This document shows, in pieces, positions 11,342 through 23,670 of a stretch of DNA of 64,000 nucleotides. The first letter of the stretch is position 1. Each line of letters begins with the position of its first letter. Source of the DNA: Paraphysomonas bandaiensis. Its lineage: Eukaryota > Protista > Chrysophyceae. The stretch lies in contig CBFFRP010000108.1 in NCBI GenBank assembly GCA_965644295.1, positions 248,001 through 312,000 of the forward strand, written 5' to 3'. The translations under genes and the position numbers were made by a program. Under the pieces are notes generated by a model. That model saw only the letters and a program-made list of their open reading frames with translations, made no database searches and was not told the DNA's origin.

Positions 11342-12421
11342 ATGGATAAGTTTGTCACAAGACTGCCGAAGAAGAAGATCCATTCCCGCTCAAGTTCATC
11401 TACAGCTACGAAACCCATTATAGATAAGAGCACTCACAAGCAGTCGTATCTAGACTGTGGGCAGGTGCCTATTGGCTGTAATGATTAGTAGATTGTGTTT
11501 ATAAGGATATCTTGTTACCAGAGGACCCTAGGAGCCACTCGCTCATGCTCACACTGTAATATGGTGTACATTGCGGATGATGTCGACGATTGCGAGAATC
11601 ATAAGCAGCATTGTAAAAAAGTAAAGCTATTTTTATAGTAGTTTTCATTTCATAAATATTCACAGTTTGGGGAAAATGTAAAGCTTCGATCAGCACTAAA
11701 ATCTAATGTTATCTGGGAAGATTGTGACACGAACTCCGCTGTGATCAAGGTAGAATATTCGTGTATAATACAATCTCTTGATTTTATTTCTACTGTCAGA
11801 TAAAAATGAATCGTATTAACGATATTCAAACCCAATATAAGACTGTCATTATGCGAATGCTTGATGATCTTGGAAGCTCTCCCGATGAGGTGCTTAATTT
11901 TTCTGTACTTGAAGTGACTTTGTTAATGAGTGCATAGTTTGACAGTTGTGTATCATCTGCAGCCACTGCTTTTTTCTTTACCGAAAGCAACAGAATTGTA
12001 GGCATAGCTGTTGTTGAACAGGTAACTGTTTCATAGGGAATTTGACGTGACTGACTCGTATCCGAAGGTAAAGCGTGATGATTTAGTTGTTCAAGTAAAA
12101 GACAGTCGTGCTTGTGAGAAACACATTTCAAAGCGACAGAGAACTAATTCATCTCCTCAAACTCCTAAGAAAGCAATCGATATGACTTTCCCACTCCCGT
12201 CAACAATAGGCATACGGCAGATGTGGGTTGACCCACAATGGCGCAGAAGAAAAGTTTGCTTCAAACTGCTAGACGTCATAAGACTTTTACATTCTCCAAG
12301 AGTCCTGGTGTCTCGTATGCATGTTGCATTTTCGCAACCAACTGATGATGGAAAGCTATTTGCATATAGTTACGTTGACAAAGACTATTTTTGGGCTTAT
12401 TCTTTCAGTACAGACGTGTAG
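11342..12421 (+). CDS. ECO1: Cohesin acetyltransferase Eco1/Ctf7/ESCO, about 6 short exons
   Basis: Spliced by eye: KQSYLDCGQ (PIP-like box), zinc finger CSHCNMVY...DDCENHKQHC, RIVGIAVVEQ, then acetyltransferase motifs GIRQMWVDPQWRRRKV and VAFSQPTDDGKLFAYSY. Confidence 0.9.
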
Positions 12422-13037
12422 TTAGTTACTTATTTCTTATATAATTTTTATTGTTTTTAAGCTTGACTGTACCAATACATTGTGACTAGTATGTAAGACA
12501 TAGGATATAGTAATTTATGATAAATCCAGGCATGTAATTTCACTTCTTCAAGCCGTATTACCTACTCAAACTTGAAAAATCGCAGCGCTGTCACGGTACT
12601 ACCTATTAGTAGTTAATCTACCAGACTGGATCACTTTTTCCGAAATAAAAAATTTTCTGTTATATTCGTATGTTGCCAATCTAACAGTCTAGAACCGCGT
12701 CCTCGGCCTGAATAGTATACTTGCACTCCTTTGATAGTTCAGGCGTCGTTCCATTTGAATATATTTTGCTTAATGAACTCGGTAATCAGCCCTCTATTAT
12801 TGCTTCTATATCACACATTACACATCATCGTTGCTTGCTGCTGTATCACACTTTAGAGCTATAGATTATCCTAAGAGTAGTATCTGACGCACATATGTAA
12901 CTATACAGCTACATTGCAGGCAGGAAGCTCATTTAAAACCATGGATCAAGTGTGCTGTAAGAAAGCAATGTTAATTACATGTGGGCTATTTGGTGCCAAA
13001 AGTTGAGAGCCAGGTTAAGTCAAACACGCTATTACAT

Positions 13038-13582
13038 CTAATCAACACCAGCCATATTCTCAACTTCCATGGCTGATTTACCGGTGCGACCTTCAGCAGA
13101 GCGGTTCTTGCGATCGAGAATGGCCTTGCGGGACTTGTCCATCTTAATCTTAGTGATGACGCAGTTGGAAGGGTCGATTCCACGGTGAACAGTCTGTCCG
13201 TTGACCTTATCTCTAGTGCATCTCTCGACATGGATGACGTACTTCTTACGGTAGCAGGCGACAACCTTGCCTTCCTGACCCTTCAACTTTCCTCTCATGA
13301 CCATGACCTCGTCATCCTTGCGAACAGGCAAAGAACGAACCTAATCGACATATGACCATACAATACAGGCAATTTCATAAATCAACATACGTTGTGCTTC
13401 TGGAACAACTCCTTGGAAAGCCCACAGCTCATTCTAACGCGGCGCTCGACGGATGTGGCGGAAAAATGAGCCTTCCTCATTTTCCTTCTGGAGGACGTTT
13501 TATTCTGGTCAAATTTCACTGCAATAAACAAGAACAATTAACAAATTCATTTTAAAAATACTGCTATAATTTGATTCTTACT
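13038..13582 (-). CDS. RPL26: 60S ribosomal protein L26 (uL24), exons 13582, 13518-13391, 13340-13038
   Basis: [21 protein letters not shown]...HN|[17 protein letters not shown]...[11 protein letters not shown]. The start codon appears split A|TG by a 63-nt GT-AG intron. Confidence 0.97.
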
Positions 13583-13985
13583 TGTACTCTCAAATGATCC
13601 CAAACTGCCACAGCAATTATATGTTAATCTTACCCCACTGAAAGCAGTGCTCGATACGTGTAGAATTAACTGGCGTGGTTTTCTACACACCGCATCTCCA
13701 CAACTATCACACGAATCTTGAATAGCGGTTCAGTTTTCAGTTTATGTAGAAATGATGTTTAGAGTTTGGTGTAGTGGAATACGCTTGTATGTGTGTGTAT
13801 AGCAGAGTTTACGTACCTGTGTACAGCAGCAGTGTACATACTCGTGCTGTACAGCAGTGTAGTACACAACTATGATTCCATATGATCATATGAGCCCATT
13901 GACTTCTGCAGTCTCCAGCATACATACATCCAGCTCCTCATAACACCCTCTCGAGCCATACACACGAACACCACCCCATACTAAC

Positions 13986-15161
13986 ATGAACAACGCTTTC
14001 GAGGATGTGAAATCATTGCGTCATTATCTTCATCAGCATCCAGAGCTCTCATTCTTAGAGACCAACACATCAGAGTTCATTGAGAGATACTTAGCAGACA
14101 ACTACACACCAGATCATATATACAGTCACATAGGCGGCACAGGTATCGCTGCTGTGTATGATAGTGGCAAACAAGGGCCTGTTATACTTCTCCGAGCTGA
14201 GTTAGATGCTCTGCCAATACAAGAAATCAATGCGTTTGATCACAAGTCAGTCACTGATAATGTATCTCATAAGTGTGGTCATGATGGTCACATGGCCACA
14301 CTCATAGGTGCTGCTCAACACTTTCATCAAATTCGTCCATCGTGTGGTAAAGTAGTGCTTATATTCCAACCTGCAGAAGAAACAGGCGAAGGAGCCAATT
14401 CCATGATCTCTGACCCAGTATTTCAGGAACATATCCGTCCTGATTGTGTCTTTGGTTTTCATAATGTACCTGGGTATGAGCTTGGTCAAATCATTCTTCG
14501 AAAGGGTTCTTTTACTGCATCTGTGCGTAGCATGATAATAAAACTAACTGGCAAAACAGCCCATGCAGCTGAACCGGAGAATGGCCGGAATCCCTCCCTT
14601 GCTATTGCTCGCCTACTCCTACGCCTCAATGAAATGTCCAATAATTCTCCTGCTAGGGAAGACTTTCGATTGATTACGCCGGTACACGTGACTGTCGGGG
14701 AAGTTGCCTATGGAGTATCTGCTGGATACGGAGAAGTTCATCTGACAATCCGTACATGGACAGAAGAGGAGATGTCATCGCTCGCTGCAGACATCGTTAA
14801 TGCCTGTAATGAACAAGCAAATCAAGAAGGTCTTGCGTGCTCCGTAGGATATACTGAATGTTTTGCGGCGAGCGAGAATGCTGATGCTTGTGTGGATACT
14901 GTAGAGGTGGCTGCAAAGACAAACCAGTATTCATATTTCCACAGCTCGTATCCGATGAAGTGGGGTGAGGATTTTGGGCTTTTTACACAAAAGTTCAATG
15001 GGTGTTTTTTTGGCATTGGGGCAGGAAAAGACCATGCGTCACTGCACAATCCTGACTACGATTATCCAGATGAAATTCTTTCGGTCGGAATAAATATGTT
15101 TCTACAGATAGTAAAAGCTATCACCGAGGCACATAATGCAGAAAATAGAGAAAAATTGTGA
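13986..15161 (+). CDS. M20 family amidohydrolase (hippurate/IAA-amino acid hydrolase-like), intronless
   Basis: Motifs LHQHPELS, LRAELDALPI, HKCGHDGH, IFQPAEETGEGA, HAAEPE, GEDF and LHNPDYDYPDE in an intact 391-aa ORF. Confidence 0.93.
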   Translation: MNNAFEDVKSLRHYLHQHPELSFLETNTSEFIERYLADNYTPDHIYSHIGGTGIAAVYDSGKQGPVILLRAELDALPIQEINAFDHKSVTDNVSHKCGHDGHMATLIGAAQHFHQIRPSCGKVVLIFQPAEETGEGANSMISDPVFQEHIRPDCVFGFHNVPGYELGQIILRKGSFTASVRSMIIKLTGKTAHAAEPENGRNPSLAIARLLLRLNEMSNNSPAREDFRLITPVHVTVGEVAYGVSAGYGEVHLTIRTWTEEEMSSLAADIVNACNEQANQEGLACSVGYTECFAASENADACVDTVEVAAKTNQYSYFHSSYPMKWGEDFGLFTQKFNGCFFGIGAGKDHASLHNPDYDYPDEILSVGINMFLQIVKAITEAHNAENREKL

Positions 15162-16207
15162 AATTATATGCTGTGATCCAGAGCTGTTGTGCTGTTTCCG
15201 AAAAGCAGGTGCCTTGGTTGTGACCCTTTTTCACTGGAAAATATTTTTTTAAGTTTAAACTAAATTTTTTCAGCTAAACAAGTAAATAATTTTGATTCAT
15301 CGGTCCTTGCCGATGTAAACTTAAATGTATACACTAAGTTTTTTATATTGCTCTACACAGCACAGCACTATAAAATTTGTGAGTTTGTGTCCATTGTTGG
15401 AAATTGTTCACTCTTAACTAGATCTCAGAGAGATTTTGTCGTTAGACTAGATAGATTGATTAATATCGTTTACACGAAATTGTGACAAACAATACAATCT
15501 CATTTTGTTCCACGCATAATCTCCTACATATGTGAACCTCTCGATACTAAACATATCTCAATATCATCACAGCATTTGTACATCACCATATTTCACTGTA
15601 TTCTCGTACATTGTCTTTAAGTGACACACTGAATATACTAGAATATAGAATACAATCCGTATTCTAATATCCATCACGTCAGAAATCAATTCGACCTTGC
15701 AAAGATAAGTCAAATTCATACGAGTAATTCATAATCAACAAAGTTATGAATTTAAACTTATATTGCCTCGATAAGGCCTAGCTAGGCATTTCGCAGGAGA
15801 ATAGCTAAATAACCTTAGCAGATTACGCTGCATATACATGAAATGTTTATTGTGAAAAACGACTGCAAAGCAATAGTGCTAGTATTTCTAGAATACTCTT
15901 AACTTTTAATTAGTTGTCAGGTGTCAGAATCCGCGATTTATATACGTAGCAAGTGTGAATATGTGCGCATATTTATTACATGTTAATGAACGACGCTTGT
16001 CGTGTAAGATCGTAAGTACGGTTATACATAGTTTATACTAGTGTATATAATATTTTGAGGTCGTGCAATAGAAATGTGTTACCTCTACAATTGAGGCTAC
16101 GGAATCTTCAACGTTAGCGCTTCCGCTCTAGTGTAGCAGAGCTGATTCCTACTGACAATATAAACATAGAGGTATCTGTAGAAAGTATTATTTCAATCAC
16201 AGTTGAT

Positions 16208-19200
16208 TTATATAGTCATACCTTTTCCAAGTGCTTGCACCTGCCTGGCAGTGTATATACTACGCAATATACAATTATTCAAAACAAATAGTTGACACAT
16301 AACACATTCCCACCGTCCACCAATATTATACGCAACGACATCGCCCTGTTCTGTATCCACTGTACGAAGGTCGCACTGCAGTGCCAAGCTGTATTCGAGT
16401 AAAAGTTTTAAAAACGACTAAAAATATATCATGATAAACACCTTGCATGAAGAAGCATAGTATTGTATAATATTGTAAACAGAGATAAAGTATCTAGCTC
16501 TCCATCTTCTGCTGCAGCGGCCATAATTCTTAGATCAAACTGTTTCCAAGTCATCTCAGAATCCCACTTTATATATATATCACCTTCTTTAGCTCCACTG
16601 CTTTATTCTGAGCGGTTCGATACACCGCTCCACCCCCGTCCAAATCCTTCACAGCTACAGCCTTTTGGATTGTCCTAATCAATAATTAGCACAAAAAACT
16701 GAAAATAATATAACGACAACGCATACGTGTTTAGTTTATCCACCATATCTTTCATCCTGCGACATAATTAGATACAAAAAATAAGAAACTATTTCATATA
16801 TATACTCACAGTGACGCGTTAGTGACAGAGCGTACAGAGGGTCGCCCAAAGCCTGGGGCTGGGTCAGTTCCAGGAATCTCATTCAAGACGATTAGGTCTG
16901 ACAAATAATACCAATGTACATAACTTCACTGATATAGCCTTTCCTATTTCCTTACCTTTATTTTGAGCCGTCATCGGATTACTAGCGCTACTCCCGATGA
17001 CTCCTTGTCCAAAGTATTATTTTAAAACCACAACCATAGGTAGTTTCACCTGAGGGTGTAGACGAAGTGTCACCGAACAGCGATCCCCAAAATGATTTTT
17101 CTTCGGTTTGCTTTGGTGATTCTTTCGGCCTAGTACCATCCATCATACATGCGTATTTTTGACAGCGCATTCAATACCTCACAAATACATGCGATTTCAG
17201 AGGCTTCTTAAGCTCAATTTGTCCATTTGGAGGAAGAGGCCGGGATTTATGTCCGCCTTTCTCAACGTCGCCTTCTTCATCGGAGTCAGATTCGTCGTCA
17301 GAGTCAGGAAACCCGCCCTCTGCCCTTGAAGAATGAACAAGCTCTTGGTTTAACGTTATACAAATTTAGTTAGCCACAAATATGAAAAGAAACGTACCAC
17401 TTGTAAGTTGCTTCAAAATCCCATTTGGTGTGATTCCACGCACTTTTCCGTCCCGTATTCGTAGCATGACAAGGGCAAGAGTTTCCACAGCGGCATCTAA
17501 CTCTGACTTGGCGTACTCTTCCTTCGGTGGCGCATGCCCTGTGACCTATAGACATTGCACGTCAGAGTGACGAAGTATGAACAATGCATGGACTTAACCT
17601 GAAGGTACAAATACAATAGAGGGAGTAATAAGAACATAGCCACCGGAACAAACGTTGCTGAGGATGTAGCTTTAATCTACGTAGACATCTTGTGTATAGT
17701 TGCAAAATACCTGTGTTTCCACTGGCAATACCGATACTGCTGAAGATGGCAGATACAGGCAAAATCTGAATGCATCTTGTCGCCACTCTGGTGTTACCAC
17801 TTTAGTATACTCTTCGGTGTTAAACATTGAGGCTGCCCATGAGGCGTTGTATGCCATTTTATTCAGCATAATATTGTTAGTTGTCATCATCAACTCTAAT
17901 AAAGCTAATGCAGCTAACGGAAGCTGGGGTAAATCATTGTCGTCATCATAGTCAGCGCCAGTTGGAAGATTGTAGAACAATAGTCCAAGCATGAAGTCAA
18001 AGTTATGACAGTAGCTTGAAATTTTCCCAGCCTTTTTGCTGTCCGCAGGACTAAATAAACAATTAGCTACAATATCATAGTGTGCGATACATCAAATAAC
18101 TATTTGCACTGTACATAGAAAGCATGAAATACCCACCATTCGCATGGTTCAGGAAACCCATTATCCGTTCCAAAGTGATTAAGAAACGGAAATCCATACG
18201 TCTGTCCCATGCGAATAACACAAAAATTTTGATCATTAACTATTAGACATGCGGTTGTATCCATTCCTATGGAGTTAACCACAGAAAAATGATATTAATT
18301 AATAATAATAAATGCAGCTCATGTGACGCATCTCGACAGTATATCACAACATAAGTTTCCTGCCGGACGAAGCACCAAATACAATTGAAGAACATACCTG
18401 GATAGCGATCAGCAAACATCTCTGTGATTGTGAATGTTGTTCCATTATAATGAAAAGTAACATTAGACCCAGCCACAGCATTCAGTTGACTGATGTCAAT
18501 AATACCACTATTCACCTGAAAGAAGATGGTAATAACAATCTACTTCTATGATACTGTGTACTTACCGCTGCAGCAATGGCTACAGTATTAGTATCTACCT
18601 TTATCTCGAACTTGTCGTAGTGATAGTCGTGCACGTATCCTAAGTGCTCAGGCTCGATTGCACTTATGCAATACGGATTCTGCCGAAACTGAGTCACGTT
18701 GTACTGCAAAGAGAACTTTCCTGTGGACTACAACATAAAATCGATTAAGAGTGCTATAAATACAAGAAAATGGCTTACTTCATCAAAGGCAGCTTGTGAA
18801 GGAAGGGTACACTCCCCATCAACAGATGTAAACAAACCAAGCTGATTATCACGACTAAATATAATCAGAGGGTTCCCCATCATATGGAATTTATTGACAG
18901 TCTTTGTGTGAGGAAGGATAGTTTCCCAAGTCATCCACAGCAACATGTTTTCTGCCAAATCTCTCAAATATGCCCCCTTACTTAAAATTTCCAACTCTTG
19001 ATAAACTTCATTCATTATATCTGAAAACTCATCCTCTGTAGCTTCAAAATTATTCAGCTCCAGAAAGTACTGACCCAATGAGGGGTCAAATGCAGCATCT
19101 CCAGACCACTTCCCATTGGTGTCACCATAATATAGCCCATCAACTTCTTTCATAACATCTTTACACTCTCCATCATTCTTATTCAGTGATATGAACTGAA

Positions 19201-19441
19201 TGCTACGAGCAGCATGATAACCCGTATATATAAAGTATATAAAACACACGAGAGTCATCAAATGAGCCAAAGCACCAAAAAAATACATGAATTCAGTGGG
19301 AAGCTCTTTGATCGACTCAAGAGGGATGGAATCTACGAATTTAGCATCAGCTGTACGGGTTAAGTACTCCCACAGAGTCTCCTCCTTGGGCTTCTCGTCA
19401 TCCACAAAATCCGGTGTTTTATTGGTTGTTTTATCTGGCAT
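16208..19441 (-). CDS. Uncharacterised multi-exon membrane protein with two predicted TM helices around a large Cys-containing loop; 3' end approximate
   Basis: A 237-aa first exon carries TM MYFFGALAHLMTLVCFIYFIYTGY. Further GT-AG-bounded exons give a second hydrophobic segment AIFSSIGIASGNT|ATFVPVAMFLLLPLLYLYL and an acidic cytoplasmic tail (PDSDDESDSDEE). Confidence 0.65.
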
Positions 19442-19902
19442 GAGTGTTGTTTGTAGTATTGTGTGAGGTGTGGGGTAGATAAGGATGAGGGAGGGCAGTG
19501 ATTTGACCCCTTAGTAATTCTTAGTAACGTTATATGAGCGAGATATGCGGATAGATATGCAGCCTGCGCTGTTATATGCATGTACTGTGTATACATGTAC
19601 GTGTATAGCTGTGTATATGGACATGCTCTGTATAGATATACCAACATACCGCCGTACGCTGACGTAGCACACTGCTACAGCAGTATATGTTAGAATACAT
19701 AAATACACACATCAACGAATAGCCATACTACGATACTATTTCCATAGTTTTCATTGGGTAGAAATGAGAATCTAGACGTCAGCGAAGAGTGAAGAGCGAG
19801 ATGATGAGATGCAGCAGTATGTGAATTGGCCTTCCTCCACTTGTCTGACATCGACATGCTGTACACGTACACGTACACGTTTATCAGCATGATACGCTCT
19901 GT

Positions 19903-22869
19903 ATGTCCAGTGGCACTATCGATATCCATACTATTAACATCACAGCACCCCATACAGCCTGTCAATCGCCAGAGACCTGCGAGAGGGGTATCTGCATACA
20001 CCCACTCGTCACTAGAGTAATTCTAATCAGCTACAATACACCTGAGGACGCCTCTGTGCTTCAGCCTATAGAAAGAGCCATGTCCGGTGACTGTATAGAG
20101 AGCGACGATGATCTGAGGTATCAGAATGGAACTCTATCAACATTCGACACTTTTCTCTTCTGTCTGGATAATGTGGCGGGTCCCAAACTGCTCCCTACAC
20201 TGTATGGAGGTCAAATACTGAGGCCTGTGGATATACGATCAGTAGTAGGTCTCAATAATATCGGGGATGTATGTACACTCCTCTGTGTTTATCATACTTA
20301 TACTGTATGATATCGCTGCCATTCTTCGGTGATAGTGTGCTGTTTTGAAGTCATTTATGTAATTGTAGATTAATCCAGCCGCTGCAACGGTCACAATTGA
20401 CTTCTTTCTTGATCTTTACTGGGTCGATGAACGACTCTCTATGCCTCCATACTGGGAGAAAGTTGATGTGAGCCTACGACGAGAGGGCGTGAGGATAGAG
20501 AGAATATTCTATGATTCTGCGGGTATACACCAAGCCCATGATGTCATCAGTTACATAACGACATTACTTTCATTTTTGTATCAGGTAGCTTCATCTGGTT
20601 ACCAGATATCTCTTTTACGGATGGACTAGAACTACAAGAACTGGGATTTGTGAGTATAACCTCTACACTGTAACTAATATTCTGTGTATCATTTTTGCGT
20701 AATTACATATGTCACATGCATGATAAAATCACAACACTATACCTACTAATACCTGTCATTTGCAGTCTCTGTCGCTCAATGCGACAAACACCTTACATTG
20801 GCGGAAGCATTATGTTGCTACTTTTTCTCAGGTACGATATTTGTTTGTACCAGTATACTGAGCGAATCGTAGCAACGAATGATATCATACTGAGATATTC
20901 AGTAACACTGAATAAGATATCTGATTCTAAATGATGTACATTACAGCAACACTTTGGGTTTCGGCAATTTCCTCACGATACACAAGGTAGGACTTCGTTC
21001 TTGATTGAATAGAACTGTCATTGTAGCAGCAATAATTGATGTGCTTTTGAGGTTTATCCTCGTTTTCGTCTTACTAATATCCATGCAGATGTATCTATTC
21101 GCTACACAGTCTTCAGTTATGACGAGACGTTTGTAAGACTAGAACTGATGGATCCACCAGTGACATTTGTCGAAAATACGGAGAAACGTGGGAAGAATAA
21201 TTTCTTCATGCACAGTGAATGGGATTTCTTCCGAAATGATGCTACCAGCACAGTGTATTTGGATTCAAGTGGAAGCATGAGCGTTGTCCTCACCCTGCCG
21301 GTAGACAGGTAGCTAATGTGGTGTCTTAGTGGACTGTATGTACGGCGGCATCGTCAAATATACTTTAACAGTCTAATGTACGCTACACTTAAATAGATAT
21401 ACCGCCGGTATCGTGGGGCGCTTATGTGTTCCAATCACCATATTGCTACTTCTAGGCGGAGCGACGTTCTGGATTGGTCTTCCCGAGAATCGTATCCCTG
21501 CTTCTGCCAGCCTGATCATAGCTGTCACAGCTCTCTACATTGTAATCTTGGCTAATGTTCCGTTTGTGGGATATGCAACCCGAATAGATGAATATGTGCT
21601 TGTGGTAAGTGTCGTAACTTCTCCATTTACTTGTACGGAATATTTAATTTGTGTTGTATGTAGATGATTGGTCTTTTAGCAGGCATTGTTACTACTCACG
21701 TGGTATACCTGGTCATGTATCGCTCGGTATATAGCAGCTCTGAACACGATTACAATCTCACGAAATACTCCCGCCCCTGGCAGCTATTTGTCTCAATCTT
21801 GAAGAATATTTGCTGTTTTGTTTGGGTAGGCGTGAACGTCGGAGGAAACGAAGACAGAGAAACGAGATCGGATCTAGTTGCTCAAGCAAAAATACAGAAA
21901 GCCGCACTAACAGCTCTCAGTGATGCTACCAGAGAGAGGCAAAAGGGGAGTCGTGGCGAGGAGAATATTCGAGACGATGACAACGAAGGGCAGATGGAGA
22001 GAGAGAACAAAATTAGAAGGGTCAACAAAGGTGGCAATACGAGTTTGACGGTTAGTATACGTACATATGCATATCGCTGTGTTTGTTTGTACTCACATGC
22101 GTAAATGTGTACAAATATTCACCGAGAGCTGCACTCTCAGGATCATGACAAAGAACGAAACAAGCCCACTCTGACCCTCGTTATGCAAGGCCTTCAGTTG
22201 ATTGGTCGTATTGGTGTGATTCCCACTGTACTTCTCTACACTGCCTACATCCTGATTATTAACCGACGGAATCTGGTCCTTGCTTTTCAATGCATAGCAT
22301 ATGTATTTCTTGCTACAGTGGGCATGTGGGAGATATGGACGTGGATATGCAAATATCTTGAACTATCTTCAATATATGACCCGATGAAGGACCTTCGTGA
22401 AGACATCTCAAGGGCTTATGTTTACCTGACATGTAACTCCAATAGTGGAGATCTGAAAATGTCCGATATATCCGCTTCTGCTGCGTATTCTCAATTATTA
22501 CATGAGCACATTGATCTTATCGTTTCTCAGCATAAGTGGACGATTGAGCTTTGTCGCCTCCAGGAGCTGTCCACTACCCACCATCATATATTTCTTATGA
22601 TAAAGCAGTCCGAGCTTCTCCATGAGCACGACTTATGCCGCAGTGCACTCATGAAATTTTTTGAATACAAGCTGGCGATTCCTGGAGAAGAAGGGCTACA
22701 GGAGGCGTATGGGGAATTAGGGAGATATATGTACGCAATATTCGAGCCATACCCGCACTATCAAGAGAAACTCAAGGAAATATATGGCCATAGACTTATT
22801 GAGCGCAGGCCTGAATCGAGGACCATGCAATCCATGGATATTGTTGAACATAAGTTTTCCATCGAATAG
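19903..22869 (+). CDS. Pentameric ligand-gated ion channel subunit, Cys-less (Pro-loop) type; multi-exon, start uncertain
   Basis: Spliced by eye: TVTIDFFLDLYWVDERL, loop A FIWLPDISF, Pro-loop QHFGFRQFPHDTQDVSIR. M1 is RLCVPITILLLLGGATFWI, M2 RIPASASLIIAVTALYIVI, and the M2-M3 loop VPFVGYATRIDEY. Confidence 0.85.
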
Positions 22870-23670
22870 TACCGGAATGGACGTAAGTATGCTTGAGTCT
22901 TCAAATGTAAATATTCGACTACTCTTTTTGTCACGCCATTCTTCAATACTCTATGACACATGTAATAGAGTTTTCGTGTGCTTGAATGGGAATTTTAATT
23001 GTATTAATAATTATTAATAATAGCATTGAAACAATTATTCACTCTTCTAATTCACATTCTACCTTCGGGGAAGAACATTATCTAAATTTGAAAAAATTAG
23101 TACTCATTTTCCTACAAGTACTGTGGAATTTGGCTATATTATAGTAAAGAGTAAAGTGAGTATGTGAGTGATGTGTACATGTGTATCAATATTATTAAGT
23201 CTATTGTATAGTGCGTGATGTGTGATCCATACCACTTTCTCTGTTATATGTTCTTTTTCCCTGCTATTGCATTGACTGGCGTGCATATGATAAAAGACAG
23301 AACAGGAGAGGGTATTCAACTTTAGCAGTTTCGTTTCAATAGTTTAAAGTGTGTCTGAGAAATACAGATTGTGTAAAGTAAACAAGATGAAGGACTACGT
23401 AGCACAAGACTGAATTCAGTGTCTAATTCTAGTTGCACTTGGGGGCTACAGAGACTTCTTATGTACTCTACTGTATTACCCTATATATCAGTAATCAGTA
23501 GTGCATCTCCTAAAAAAAATACTAAAACTTTTGACTTTCAAGTATTGTTATTACGCTGAACGGATTCAAAGACACGCCGTCGTGTCAAAACGTTTGCGAT
23601 ACAATCACTTTACTCAATTGTCTATTGCACGCGGAAATCTACTAACTGGCACTTGAAACAGACAACACGA

